DNA from: Candidatus Latescibacterota bacterium
GTDB lineage: Bacteria; Latescibacterota; UBA2968; UBA8231
Assembly: GCA_965203175.1 (NCBI GenBank)
Contig: OZ241867.1
Location: 1,600,001-1,664,000 of the forward strand
Direction of reading: 5' to 3'
Length of the DNA stretch: 64,000 nucleotides
Of the stretch, positions 16,492-26,654 are shown piece by piece. Within the stretch, counting starts at the first letter, position 1. The number at the start of each line of letters is the position of its first letter. Below the pieces are notes generated by a model that saw nothing but the letters and a program-made list of their open reading frames with translations, made no database searches and had not been told where the DNA came from. A program made the translations under genes and the position numbers.

Positions 16492-18462
16492 ATGTCCACC
16501 CAAGCCAAAAACCTGCTGCCCAACGCCAGCTTCGAACTCGACTTTGGCGACCACGTATGCACCAACTGGGGCGATACCCAAAACGAACTGAGCCTGCACG
16601 TGCGGGCCGCCGACCAAGTACCGGAAAAAGACCCCATCAGCGCCGCCATTCCAGATGCCATTGACGGCGAACGGGCTGCCCGCGTGGAGACGGAGGCCAG
16701 CGGAGACGAGGCTGTCGGCCACTTGCTCTCTCCCCTGATAACAGTCGATCCCTGTGCGCCGCACACCATTTCGATCTACGCCCGCAGCGACCAAGAGGGA
16801 GCACAATTGGAAATTGGCCTGTGGACCGGCCTAGTGGACTTTGGCCGCGACGCCGACCGCTTGAGTTTCCCCATGCCTCTTTCCACCGCTTGGCAGCGCT
16901 ACCACTTCACCACATCCACCGACGAGTTGGAAGAGCGCGCCGTGGTCCACTTCAAAGTCACGGCCCCGCAAGCCGAAGCCGTGGTCTGGTTCGACGCGGC
17001 GCAAATGGAACGCGGGCCGCAGGCGACTCCTTTTGAAACCCGATGCGCTATTGAAGCGGCAGTAGCAGGACGGCGCGACAAAGCCCTCATCCACCTCGCC
17101 GACGCGCCATTGGAGCTGTACCTGACGACCTACAACCACACCAGCGAGCCGAGTAATACACCCATCACGCTGGAAATCAGCGAGTTGGTCGGCGGTCGGG
17201 CGATCTTCGCCCACACGCTCACCGATCCGGTTCCGCCGGGCCGCACAGAGGGCAAACTAAGCCTCGACTTCCCCTTCATCGGCGAATTCCGCGCCCGCCT
17301 CCTCGACGGCAGCGGCCAACCCATCGCCCCTGAAGACTATATCTTCGTCAACTACCCGGTCTTTGAAGCCGACTACCAAGGCGTCATCTACGCAAAACAC
17401 AGCGCCATACGCGAAATTCCGGCCGAGCGCAGCGTCCTGCCCTGGACCAACGACCGCAACTGGTACGCCGAGCCCCAAGCCACTCTCATCGTCACCGACG
17501 ACGACGCCATCCACGCCCAAATGAGCGACGGCCACACAGTCATGCGCACCCGCGACGGTGGCCGCACTTGGGACGATTTGCAAGTCACCCAAGTAGTCAA
17601 CACCGTCTTGCGCGACGGCACTTTTTTCGCAGCGGAGAACAAAGACGGCTATCTGCAAATATCCCGCTCCAGCGACAACGGCCAGTCCTGGCGGGATTTG
17701 GGCCGCATCGACCCAACTAGGGAAGTCCAAGTCGGCCCCATCGAACAATTGCGCGACGGTTCCCTCATCATCCCAGTCGGCGTTGGCGGCCGGCAGGCGA
17801 CCGGTCCGCAAATCGTCTATGCCTTCCACTCGCGCGACTTGGGCCAGACCTGGTCTGACGGGGCTCCGATCTGCCCGGGCGGCGAGCCGCAAATCCTCGA
17901 ATTGCAATCGGGTCGCCTACTCGCTTTTTGCCGCAACAACCCCTCGGTGCCGCACAACGACTTGCAACGCCCCTTCCGCAACGAAGGCCCCTGGCGCTTG
18001 TGGCAGCGCTTCCAGGGCACGCGCGGCTTGGCTTCCTATACCAAGCGCATGACGCTGGCCGAATCGGACGATGGCGGCCACACTTGGCACAGCCAGCGAC
18101 CGGCGACTTTGCTGCTCGAAGAAATGCACGGAGCCGGCATTCAATTGCCCGACGGCCGGGTGGTTTTCCTCTACACGCACCGCGGCCCGACTTGGCGCGG
18201 CGGCGAACGCGCCAAAGTGAGCCACGACCAAGGACGCACTTGGCGCGACGAACGCTACTTTATGACCGCGACTCCTTCGTACCCAGGCTATTCGGCAAGC
18301 TGCGTCCTACCCCCTCACTTAGGCGATGGCCAAGAGGGCATGATTTTGTCGCTAGTCGGCGAGCGCTCGGAGCGCAATTGGGGCAGCGAAGGCCCCCCGA
18401 CCGCCGAAGGTTTTCAATACATGCCACAAGTCCAAGCCATCCGCTGGCGGCCCGTGGACTAG
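16492..18462 (+). CDS. Sialidase-like BNR/Asp-box propeller with N-terminal carbohydrate-binding module
   Basis: NLLPNASFE..WFDAAQME CBM-like N-terminus. Five Asp-boxes: TRDGGRTW, SSDNGQSW, SRDLGQTW, SDDGGHTW, SHDQGRTW. Confidence 0.75.
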   Translation: MSTQAKNLLPNASFELDFGDHVCTNWGDTQNELSLHVRAADQVPEKDPISAAIPDAIDGERAARVETEASGDEAVGHLLSPLITVDPCAPHTISIYARSDQEGAQLEIGLWTGLVDFGRDADRLSFPMPLSTAWQRYHFTTSTDELEERAVVHFKVTAPQAEAVVWFDAAQMERGPQATPFETRCAIEAAVAGRRDKALIHLADAPLELYLTTYNHTSEPSNTPITLEISELVGGRAIFAHTLTDPVPPGRTEGKLSLDFPFIGEFRARLLDGSGQPIAPEDYIFVNYPVFEADYQGVIYAKHSAIREIPAERSVLPWTNDRNWYAEPQATLIVTDDDAIHAQMSDGHTVMRTRDGGRTWDDLQVTQVVNTVLRDGTFFAAENKDGYLQISRSSDNGQSWRDLGRIDPTREVQVGPIEQLRDGSLIIPVGVGGRQATGPQIVYAFHSRDLGQTWSDGAPICPGGEPQILELQSGRLLAFCRNNPSVPHNDLQRPFRNEGPWRLWQRFQGTRGLASYTKRMTLAESDDGGHTWHSQRPATLLLEEMHGAGIQLPDGRVVFLYTHRGPTWRGGERAKVSHDQGRTWRDERYFMTATPSYPGYSASCVLPPHLGDGQEGMILSLVGERSERNWGSEGPPTAEGFQYMPQVQAIRWRPVD

Positions 18463-18477
18463 GAAACGGATGCCATC

Positions 18478-19188
18478 GTGCTATTCTACGACAACCTCGA
18501 AGAATTCATCTCCCAACAAAGCGCCCAACTGCAAAGCCTGAAACGGGCCAATATCCCCGAAGTCGGCGTCGTCCTCGAGGTCTTGGGACCCAACCGCGAC
18601 CAAGACCGCAAAAGCAATCCGGGCGGCCACTCAGTCACCCAACCAGTAGAGCGCTTGGCCGTCGACTGCCACGGCATTGAAGGCGACCGCCATCGCGGCC
18701 TCACCCGGGCCTCCACTGGCCGCGAAGCTCCGCTCTACAAAAGGAGCCGCGCCATCATCGTCAACCGCCGCCAGCTATTCGCCGTCTCGCCGCACGAGTG
18801 CGCCCTCCTCAGCCAGCGCCTAGGCGTCGAAGTCACGCCGCAATTGCTCGGTGCCAATATCGTCATTGGCCGCGAAGACAGTGCCCCTTTCTGCCTTTCA
18901 AGCACCCCGGTCAACACCTATTTCGTCCTAGCTCCGGCCACCGCAACTCAACCACCGACGCCACCCTTGGCTACCCTGATCCACTACGTCCAGCAAAAGG
19001 GTTGCAGCCTCACTGGAAAGGCCCTAGCCAAAGCCTATGGCGATCCCTCGCTGACTAAGCAGTTCGTCGCCCATGCCGAGCACCATCGTGGCATTCTCTG
19101 CAGCGTCGAATATCCGGTCAAAAGGCCGATCTTTCTCGAACGCGGTCAAAAGGTCTTTTTCCGCTTTCCCATGGGCTGCTGTTATTGA
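18478..19188 (+). CDS. MOSC domain-containing protein
   Basis: GIEGDRH, RQL, LGANIV, RGILCSV. Confidence 0.65.
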   Translation: MLFYDNLEEFISQQSAQLQSLKRANIPEVGVVLEVLGPNRDQDRKSNPGGHSVTQPVERLAVDCHGIEGDRHRGLTRASTGREAPLYKRSRAIIVNRRQLFAVSPHECALLSQRLGVEVTPQLLGANIVIGREDSAPFCLSSTPVNTYFVLAPATATQPPTPPLATLIHYVQQKGCSLTGKALAKAYGDPSLTKQFVAHAEHHRGILCSVEYPVKRPIFLERGQKVFFRFPMGCCY

Positions 19189-19988
19189 CCCGAGCCAGTC
19201 TCGCGTTCGACCCGGGCGATAAAATCGCGACACGCCCGAGCCACGGCTTGGGGGCATTCAAGCTGCAAATTGTGCGATACGTCGGCCATCCACTGGACCT
19301 GGATATTGGCCCGCGCCGGGATGCGCAATTGGGCCAGACTGGGCCTGTTCCGGCCCCGATCGCCGTACAATTCCAAGATGGGCAACTCGGTGCGGCAGAG
19401 AAAATCGTACCCGTCCCACTTTTTCCAGTACGTGCGAAATTCCGCTATTTGCGCGTCTGTCCAGCGCCTCAGTACCCGGTGGCGCAGGGCCTCATTGCGC
19501 GCTTGTTGCCGCGGCGAGAGCGTACTGGAGACATCGCCGCCAAAAGCATCGCTCAAGACGTGGTGACTGGTCCAGCCCTCCATAGAAATGATGCCCCGAA
19601 CCTTTTGCGGCTGCACTCGGCCCACCTCTAGGGCGATCATACCGCCAATGCTGTGGCCACCCACATAGCAGCAATCGAGCCCCAACTCATCAATGACGCG
19701 CAGCGCGTCTTGGGCGAATTGCTCAATTGAACCCCCGCGCGGGGGTGGCCAACCGCCGCCGTGGCCACGCACTTCTACGACTGCCAACTGCATGCTCGCA
19801 TCGAGTCCATCAATAATGTCCCCTAAGGCATAGGCGTCATTGAAGCTGCCCGGTATTAGCACCAGAGTCGGGGCGGCACCCGGGCGCACCCAGTAGGAAA
19901 AATGCCCCACGTCCAAGTCTATCCGGCGACCCGCAAAGCCTCGGCCCAAGTCGCGCTTGGCAGCCCCTTCGCCTTTGTCGATCTTCAC
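19182..19988 (-). CDS. Alpha/beta hydrolase
   Basis: RGHG and nucleophile elbow GHSIGG; late His in VSH. Confidence 0.85.
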   Translation of the reverse strand: MKIDKGEGAAKRDLGRGFAGRRIDLDVGHFSYWVRPGAAPTLVLIPGSFNDAYALGDIIDGLDASMQLAVVEVRGHGGGWPPPRGGSIEQFAQDALRVIDELGLDCCYVGGHSIGGMIALEVGRVQPQKVRGIISMEGWTSHHVLSDAFGGDVSSTLSPRQQARNEALRHRVLRRWTDAQIAEFRTYWKKWDGYDFLCRTELPILELYGDRGRNRPSLAQLRIPARANIQVQWMADVSHNLQLECPQAVARACRDFIARVERETGSGQ

Positions 19989-20067
19989 AAGTCCGTTCCT
20001 TTACTTGGGCATGGATACTACGGGTGAAATTCACTTAAAACAACACTTAGAAGCTGTCTGAAAAACC

Positions 20068-21498
20068 ATGGAACGCGAAACCGTCCTCGACATCGGCACC
20101 ACTAAGCAACTGTTCATCGACGACCAGATCATCGCCCAGACGCACGGAGTCGTCCGCACCTTGAACCAGCCGGCTAAATACGTCGGCAATCCTCTCTTCT
20201 ATCCCCTTTACCGTTGGGAGGGTCGAGTCGAACTCTACGGCACCGTCCTGCGCGACTCGGCCAGCGGCCACTTCCGCATGTGGTACACGGGGTTGGGCGA
20301 CATGGGCGTAGCCCAGATGGGCGCTGAGAATACCTCCAAGTGGGCCGCGATGGGTTTCGACCCGCAAAACCTGCTCTATAGCACCTGCTTTGCCACTTCC
20401 GAAGACGGCATCTTTTGGGAACGGCCCAACCTCGGCTTGGTCGCGTACGAAGGAAGCAAAGACACCAATATTGTGCTCATCAACGCGGCTGGCGGGAATG
20501 TCATTTGCGACCTGTACGATCCCGATCCAAACAAGCGCTACAAGTCGCTGTTTTACGAATCGCGCGATGCCGACGGCACTTCCAACGAAGGCGATGGCGT
20601 CTCCGTGGCCTTTTCGCCCGATGGTTTGCACTGGACCAAGTATTCGGGCAATCCGGTCATTACCCGGGCCAGCGACTCGCATACGCTATTGGGCTGGGAC
20701 GAGTTACACGGCCAGTACGTGGCGTACTGCCGCCCCTCACTCCACGAGGGCAATGAGATCCGCCGCATCGGCCGCTCGGTCAGCGACGATTTCATCCACT
20801 GGACCGATCCCAAGGAGATTCTCGAACCCGATGGGCAAGACCCCGAGGGTCTGCAATTCTACAACATGCAGGTCTTCAAATACGAGGATCTGTACATCGG
20901 CCAACTGATGGCCTACCACACCCCGCCCGAAGAACCCCACATCCACTTTTTTGGCCCTATTGACATACAATTGGCCGTCAGTCGCAACGGCATTTCTTGG
21001 GAGCGGGCGGGGGATCGCCAAGCCTTTATTCCCAACGGCCCGCCCAATAGCATCGACGCTGGCGAAGTGTACGTGGCCCGTGCGCCAGTGGTCGTGGGCG
21101 ACGAGTTGTGGTTCTACTACTCGCCCTGTCCCGTCGAACACGGTCCCACTGGCCGCAGCGGTCCCATCTGTCTAGCCAAACTGCGCGTCGATGGCTTTGT
21201 CTCGGTCAACGCGGGCGCGGAAATGGGTACTCTCATCACCAAGCCCTTTACCTGCCGGGGGGATTCGCTGCGCATCAATACTTCGGCCAAAGGCGGCTTA
21301 GTGGCGGTGGCTGTGCTCGACGAGGAGGGAGTCCAGTGCGAAGGCTTTGGCCGGATAGATTGCGCGCTCTTCGACGGCGATTCGGTCGATCATCAGATGA
21401 CTTGGCGACGGAGTGCGTATGGCGACCTAAAGGGCCGCGTGATTCGCCTCAAGTTCTACCTGCGCGATGCGCGCTTATACGGCTTTGTGCAGCAGTGA
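20068..21498 (+). CDS. Five-bladed beta-propeller glycosidase-like protein (GH32/43/130-like)
   Basis: KQLFIDD, TSEDGIFW, SPDGLHW, SDDFIHW, LRVDGFVS, LKFYL..ARLYGF. Confidence 0.65.
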   Translation: MERETVLDIGTTKQLFIDDQIIAQTHGVVRTLNQPAKYVGNPLFYPLYRWEGRVELYGTVLRDSASGHFRMWYTGLGDMGVAQMGAENTSKWAAMGFDPQNLLYSTCFATSEDGIFWERPNLGLVAYEGSKDTNIVLINAAGGNVICDLYDPDPNKRYKSLFYESRDADGTSNEGDGVSVAFSPDGLHWTKYSGNPVITRASDSHTLLGWDELHGQYVAYCRPSLHEGNEIRRIGRSVSDDFIHWTDPKEILEPDGQDPEGLQFYNMQVFKYEDLYIGQLMAYHTPPEEPHIHFFGPIDIQLAVSRNGISWERAGDRQAFIPNGPPNSIDAGEVYVARAPVVVGDELWFYYSPCPVEHGPTGRSGPICLAKLRVDGFVSVNAGAEMGTLITKPFTCRGDSLRINTSAKGGLVAVAVLDEEGVQCEGFGRIDCALFDGDSVDHQMTWRRSAYGDLKGRVIRLKFYLRDARLYGFVQQ

Positions 21499-21501
21499 TC
21501 G

Positions 21502-22302
21502 GTGGATATCGCAATAGAAAGCAACCGCTCTATGAACACCGAAGAATTCACCGTCATCGCCGGCGACCAACAGCTCCACTGCACCCTAGCCGTGCCCGAA
21601 GCCTCCTTGGCGGGCGACCACTCGGGTCTGCTGCTCAATATTAGCGCCACGGCGCAACTCGCCCTGTACGACGAGACTCAAAACCACCCAACGCATCCCT
21701 TTTTGCGGGCTGGCCACTACGTCCTCAGCTTTGATCTGCCCAACCACGGCGAGCGCATCGACGCCCACGGCGAGAGCTTATTGGGCATGGGCCGGGCCAT
21801 CATGGCCGGCGACGATCCCTTTGCGCAATTCGTCCTCGACGGCCGAGCTGCCCTCGACGCCTGCCTAGATCGCGTTGGGCCCAAGGGCAAAATCGCGGGT
21901 TACGGAGTCTCGCGCGCCGGCTACTGCCTGCTGCGCCTAGCCGCGGCCGATCCGCGAGTAGGTGCAGTGGCTGGCCTCTCCCCGGTCACTGATTGGGGCA
22001 TCCCCGAGGAATTCACCCAGACTTGCCCTCGCACCCATACGTCGCCCCTGCTCATCGATCACTGGGTCGCCCAACTGGCGGATCGGGCCATCTACTTGAG
22101 CGTGGGCAGCCAAGACGACGTGGTCGGCACCGAAGCGTGCGTCCGCTTTGCCATTAAGCTCTTTGTCGAGCAGCGCCGGATCTTGCCCCAAGACACCTTG
22201 CTGAGCCAATTGCACGTAGTGGATTCTATAGGTCATTCGCCGTCGCTGGCCTCGCGGCTACAGGCGACCCATTTCCTGTTGGATTTCTGTAACCGGGTGT
22301 GA
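21502..22302 (+). CDS. Alpha/beta hydrolase
   Basis: FDLPNHGER, GVSRAG, SQDD, GH. Start may be ATG 21532. Confidence 0.7.
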   Translation: MDIAIESNRSMNTEEFTVIAGDQQLHCTLAVPEASLAGDHSGLLLNISATAQLALYDETQNHPTHPFLRAGHYVLSFDLPNHGERIDAHGESLLGMGRAIMAGDDPFAQFVLDGRAALDACLDRVGPKGKIAGYGVSRAGYCLLRLAAADPRVGAVAGLSPVTDWGIPEEFTQTCPRTHTSPLLIDHWVAQLADRAIYLSVGSQDDVVGTEACVRFAIKLFVEQRRILPQDTLLSQLHVVDSIGHSPSLASRLQATHFLLDFCNRV

Positions 22303-22309
22303 GCCGTGC

Positions 22310-22338
22310 TTGATTGCAGCGGTTGATTGGGGTATCTT
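22310..22338 (+). promoter_or_regulatory. Putative sigma70 promoter
   Basis: TTGATT-N17-TATCTT upstream of 22389. Confidence 0.4.
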
Positions 22339-22388
22339 GAGCACCGATTTGTCGGCTGATCTCCTCAACCTCCACTCTGGGGGCCGCG

Positions 22389-23522
22389 ATGAGTTCTTCC
22401 CGCTTTAAATCTCCCGCTTCCGATTTCGATGTCGCCGAATTGGTCCGTCGCCTGCGCCGAGGCCTGCTCCTGTCCTTGGCGCTAGCCGTCGGCCTCATGT
22501 TGGTCTTCGTTGCTCTCAACCCCTTTCGACAAGTCGAGATCAAAGCCCCTCGGCCTCTCAGCACCAAATTTATCAAGCGCGAACCCCGCTTGACCAAGCC
22601 CTTAGAACTGCGCAAGATCCCCAAGCCCAAGCGCCAGCTAGCCCGCCGCCAAGTCCACTTGGCCGCCGCCCGCCTAGATCAAGTGCAGGCCACGACCAAC
22701 TTCAATGTCCGCTCATTGATTTCCAGCCACGTCGGCAACTCGGGTATTAGCTTGTTCAAGCCGATTACCGATAACAATACGAACAGCCTTGGACTCGAGC
22801 CCAAGCTCGTCTCCACCTCGGTGACCAGTACGCGGATGCCGGAACACAAAATCGACATGGCCTTGGAGATGCTCGATGTCAACAGCATGGATACCGGCCG
22901 CTACCGGGCCATGGTCGTGCAGGACGCCGGCGATCCCCAGGCGATCAAGGGCTTCATCAAAATAGCCCATGTGATTTCGGCCCGCGCCGTTACCGATCAA
23001 ATACAGGGCTACAGCAATTTGAATCTGCGCTCAATCGATGCTTTGTGCGACGTCATCAATGAATACACCGGGCTCGAAGCCAAGTTTATCGGCACGATCA
23101 CCTACGACGACAAACGCCTACTTGAACTGCCCATTCTCATCCCCCAGGGGTCCCTCAACGAGACCGAGATGGAAAACTATGCCCGCTATATGCTGTCCGG
23201 GGGCTTCATTATGGGAGGCTACCATCCCGAAGCCTTGGTAAAGTACGGAGGCTTAGTAGAAGGGTATGATTTCTGGTCCGAACGCCTACTCCCGGACCAT
23301 CCTATTTTCAGTGCCTTTTTCTCTCTAAAAGGTGGCACTGGGGGCCATGTTGACTGGAGAGATATTGTCAACGGGTACTTCATCCGCGACCGGATGGTCG
23401 GTATTGGCAACGTAGGCTGGGGCAGCAACCCGCGCTACAATCAGATGGCGGTTAACGTGATCGTCTATGCCCTGACCCAAGAAGGCTCCATCACCCAACG
23501 CCTCATGCAGGGGGTCAACTGA
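22389..23522 (+). CDS. Membrane-anchored DUF4159-like protein
   Basis: N-terminal TM. C-terminal YMLSGGF, DHPIFSAFF, MAVNVIVYALT. Confidence 0.6.
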   Translation: MSSSRFKSPASDFDVAELVRRLRRGLLLSLALAVGLMLVFVALNPFRQVEIKAPRPLSTKFIKREPRLTKPLELRKIPKPKRQLARRQVHLAAARLDQVQATTNFNVRSLISSHVGNSGISLFKPITDNNTNSLGLEPKLVSTSVTSTRMPEHKIDMALEMLDVNSMDTGRYRAMVVQDAGDPQAIKGFIKIAHVISARAVTDQIQGYSNLNLRSIDALCDVINEYTGLEAKFIGTITYDDKRLLELPILIPQGSLNETEMENYARYMLSGGFIMGGYHPEALVKYGGLVEGYDFWSERLLPDHPIFSAFFSLKGGTGGHVDWRDIVNGYFIRDRMVGIGNVGWGSNPRYNQMAVNVIVYALTQEGSITQRLMQGVN

Positions 23523-23598
23523 GATTAGTTGTCCTCGGCTTTACAAGATCGGTTCGTCTCCTATACTCACAGAACAACACTTTCCCGAGAGATATCCC

Positions 23599-24405
23599 AT
23601 GGCCATGACCGAAGAAGAACGCTTTCGCTTTGACCTCACCGGCTTTTTGGTGCGCCCCGCCATCCTGAAGCCCGATGAAGTCGCCGCCATCGTCGATCAG
23701 ATCAACCGCATCAAACACGACCCCGAATCGCTGCCGCCCGAACACCGCGACGTGCCCGGTGGCCCGGCCAGCGTACTGATTGACCATCCCCAAGTGGTCG
23801 ATGTAATTCGGGAGATAATTGGTCCTGATATCCGGCTGGAAGGCTGTAGCTGCGTCTGGCGCAAAAAGGGCGAGGAGCACGGCGGGCTACACGGGGGCGG
23901 CCCAGGTCAAGCCGATCCCATCTTTGGCTACCGAGTGAAGAACGGGCGCATCCACGCCGGTATGGTGCGGGTTATTTTTGAATTGACCGATATCGCGCTA
24001 GAAGATCAGAGCACTCATTTCTTAATCGGCAGCCACAAATCGGAATTCCCCATCCACGAAGACCACCTGTCGCTGGAAGAAGGCAAGCGCAGTCCCTTCC
24101 TCACCACGTACGCTTGCCCGGCCGGCAGCGCGGTCTTTTTTACCGAGAACTTGTGCCACGCCGGGCCGGTGTGGCACCGCGACACTCCGCGCGTCACTGT
24201 ATTAAACGCCTATTCGCATTTGGCTACCCACTGGCACCGGCTGAAGATCCCCCCGGCGGTGCTGCACAGTCTGCCGCGCGAAAAGCAGGCTTATTTCCGC
24301 CAGCCTTGGATCGCCGATTTCCGCACCAGCCCGGCGACCCACAATACCACCGAGCGCTTCTTAGACAAAGACGAAGCGCCCGTCGACACGGATCATACGC
24401 CCTAG
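23599..24405 (+). CDS. PhyH-family Fe(II)/2OG enzyme with HxG instead of HxD
   Basis: FRFDLTGFLV, LIDHP, LHGG, GSHKS, PAGSAVFFTENLCHAG. Confidence 0.8.
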   Translation: MAMTEEERFRFDLTGFLVRPAILKPDEVAAIVDQINRIKHDPESLPPEHRDVPGGPASVLIDHPQVVDVIREIIGPDIRLEGCSCVWRKKGEEHGGLHGGGPGQADPIFGYRVKNGRIHAGMVRVIFELTDIALEDQSTHFLIGSHKSEFPIHEDHLSLEEGKRSPFLTTYACPAGSAVFFTENLCHAGPVWHRDTPRVTVLNAYSHLATHWHRLKIPPAVLHSLPREKQAYFRQPWIADFRTSPATHNTTERFLDKDEAPVDTDHTP

Positions 24406-24459
24406 GGCGTCTAAACCAATCGAAGCTGGCAGATACAATCGCGGGTTGTGAATTTCCAG

Positions 24460-25581
24460 CTAGAAACGCGCCGCTGAAAGAGGCCCGGGGTCGCGTCCAT
24501 CCAGAGCCAGTTCCACCATGCGCTCGGCGGCCAGCAGGCCAATGGAGTTGCCGTAGCCGCTAAAACCGAGGGCAAAGACTGCGTCGGGCAGGTCCGAGAG
24601 CGCGCCGACAGCTACCCGGCGATCCGGTGTGAAGCCGTGGATGCCAGCCCAGTGGCGCTCGACTTCAAAGGAGATGCCCGGGAACCAGTGGCGCAAATAG
24701 GCCTCGAGGTGCTGTATCAGGTTGGGGGTGACGGCGTCCTCGGCGGTGTACTCCTGCTCCTCAAAAAAAGCCCGGGCACCGCCAATCATCAAACGTCCAT
24801 CTTCAAGTTGGCGGAAGTAATCGTACTCAGTGATGCCGGCGACTTGAAGCAGCGGTTCCACCGGGGTAGTGATGAGGATCTGGCCGCGCACGGGGCGCAC
24901 GATGCGGCGCAAGTGCGGGTGCATATCGCAGCCGTACCCATTGGTGGCGATGTACACCTTGCGGCAGCGGATGTGGGCGCGGCGCCCGCGCACTATCAGT
25001 CCCTGGCCCTCTGGTTCGATGCGATAGACCTCATTGTGGTCGTAAAAGGTGGCCCCAGAAGCAGCGGCAATGGCCTCGGTGAGGCGCGCCGGCTGCACCA
25101 TGAAATCGCCTTCCACCTGTAGAGATGCCGCGTACCCAGCGCCGTAGGGATCGCTGTGAGCAAACTCGACCTCAACGCCGTCGGCGGCAAAGGCGCGGGC
25201 CCACTTTTCCAGTTCGCGAGCATCGGCTTGGGTTTCGGCGAGGTGGATGGCACCCTCTTCCCAGGGCACCTCGTACTGCTTGGCCAAGGCGCGCATGCGG
25301 GCGACGTTGTCGCACACCATGTCGAGGATTTGGCGGGCGGCTGGGCGGCCCACTTGGGCGATGAGAGTGGGGTACGTCTCGCGCTGCGAGGTCAGCACAA
25401 AGCCGGCATTGCGGCCCGAGGCACCGGAGGCCACAAAGCGGGCGTCAACTAGGGCGACGTCGCGGCCCCGCTGGTGCAGCAGGGTGGCTGCGTACGAGCC
25501 GACAATGCCGGCACCAATCACCACATCGTCGTGTTCGGCCTGCTGTGGCTCGGATACTTCTTGCCATTTAGATACGGTCAT
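24460..25581 (-). CDS. FAD-dependent oxidoreductase (DAO/PuuB-like)
   Basis: GAGIVG, GASGRNAG, ATNGY, GFSGYG. Confidence 0.88.
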   Translation of the reverse strand: MTVSKWQEVSEPQQAEHDDVVIGAGIVGSYAATLLHQRGRDVALVDARFVASGASGRNAGFVLTSQRETYPTLIAQVGRPAARQILDMVCDNVARMRALAKQYEVPWEEGAIHLAETQADARELEKWARAFAADGVEVEFAHSDPYGAGYAASLQVEGDFMVQPARLTEAIAAASGATFYDHNEVYRIEPEGQGLIVRGRRAHIRCRKVYIATNGYGCDMHPHLRRIVRPVRGQILITTPVEPLLQVAGITEYDYFRQLEDGRLMIGGARAFFEEQEYTAEDAVTPNLIQHLEAYLRHWFPGISFEVERHWAGIHGFTPDRRVAVGALSDLPDAVFALGFSGYGNSIGLLAAERMVELALDGRDPGPLSAARF

Positions 25582-25651
25582 AGGACCTCCAAGGTAAGGT
25601 TAGCTACTCCGGAATCGCCCTCAGTTGCACAGATCCATCGTTGGATCGCCC

Positions 25652-26629
25652 TCACCCCTCCTGCTTCTCCATATCGCCTCCACTCGCTACCATGCGCTCG
25701 GGAGCGCCATTCGCATCGGTCGCCAACGCTGCGCACAGCGTGCCGAACTCGGGGCGGGCAAAGGGCAGATGGGTCCGGCCTCGCGCCAGAATGTGCTTGT
25801 AATTAGCCGCCGGTCCCTCATAGGGTGCTCCGTGGTTCCACGGCACCCAAGAGCGGGCGTTGCAATAGTGGCTGACAAAAGCCCGACGCCAGCGGTCGGG
25901 CGACTGATTGGGATGGGAGCGGTGCAGAAGGTGCGGATGGAAGAACACCACATCGCCGGCCTCAACCACCACCGGCACTGCATCACCGTAGTGCCGCGCC
26001 ACTCTCGACAGCGTATTGACCTCGTCGTCGAGATGGCTAATCCCCTCTACAGTCTCAATCTCATCAAAAGCTCCCTCGGCGTGGACCAGATGTCCCCGGC
26101 CTTCGTCTGGATAAATAGGCTCGTGGTTTGAGCCGGGCGCGACCCACAGACAGCCGTTCTCCTCGTCGGCCCGCTCCAAGGCCAACCAAGCGCCGATAAG
26201 AGTGTCCGGGTACGTCGTAATATAATAGGAATCTTGGTGCCAACCCTGTCCGCCCATGCCCGGCGCATTGAAAAACTGCATAGTCTGCAAAGCCAGCACA
26301 TCCGGCCCGATGAGCGCCTCCAAAACGTCCAAGACGCGCGGGTGCAACAAAAAGCGTTCGCAGGTGGCGTCCCAGCGGTGCAGTTGATGCACCCGCGTGA
26401 AACGCTGCACCAACTCCTCGTCCGTCGCCTCAGGAGACGGAGGCTCCTGACCGGGAACGTCGATTTGGCCCTTGAGCATGGCCATGACGTGCGCTTTGAG
26501 TTCTTCCACTTCTTCCAGATCGACCAAGCGCTCGACGACTAGGAACCCCTGTTTCTGATACTGGGCGTATTCCGCTGTGGAAACTTTGTAGCGATCAGGC
26601 CGCTGGTCGGCCACTGGTTTATAGCTCAT
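25652..26629 (-). CDS. Phytanoyl-CoA dioxygenase (PhyH) family protein
   Basis: WHQD, ENGCL..PGS, GDVVFFHPHLLHRS..N. Confidence 0.9.
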   Translation of the reverse strand: MSYKPVADQRPDRYKVSTAEYAQYQKQGFLVVERLVDLEEVEELKAHVMAMLKGQIDVPGQEPPSPEATDEELVQRFTRVHQLHRWDATCERFLLHPRVLDVLEALIGPDVLALQTMQFFNAPGMGGQGWHQDSYYITTYPDTLIGAWLALERADEENGCLWVAPGSNHEPIYPDEGRGHLVHAEGAFDEIETVEGISHLDDEVNTLSRVARHYGDAVPVVVEAGDVVFFHPHLLHRSHPNQSPDRWRRAFVSHYCNARSWVPWNHGAPYEGPAANYKHILARGRTHLPFARPEFGTLCAALATDANGAPERMVASGGDMEKQEG

Positions 26630-26654
26630 TTTTCCCTCCGCGTTGGCAATCCTC

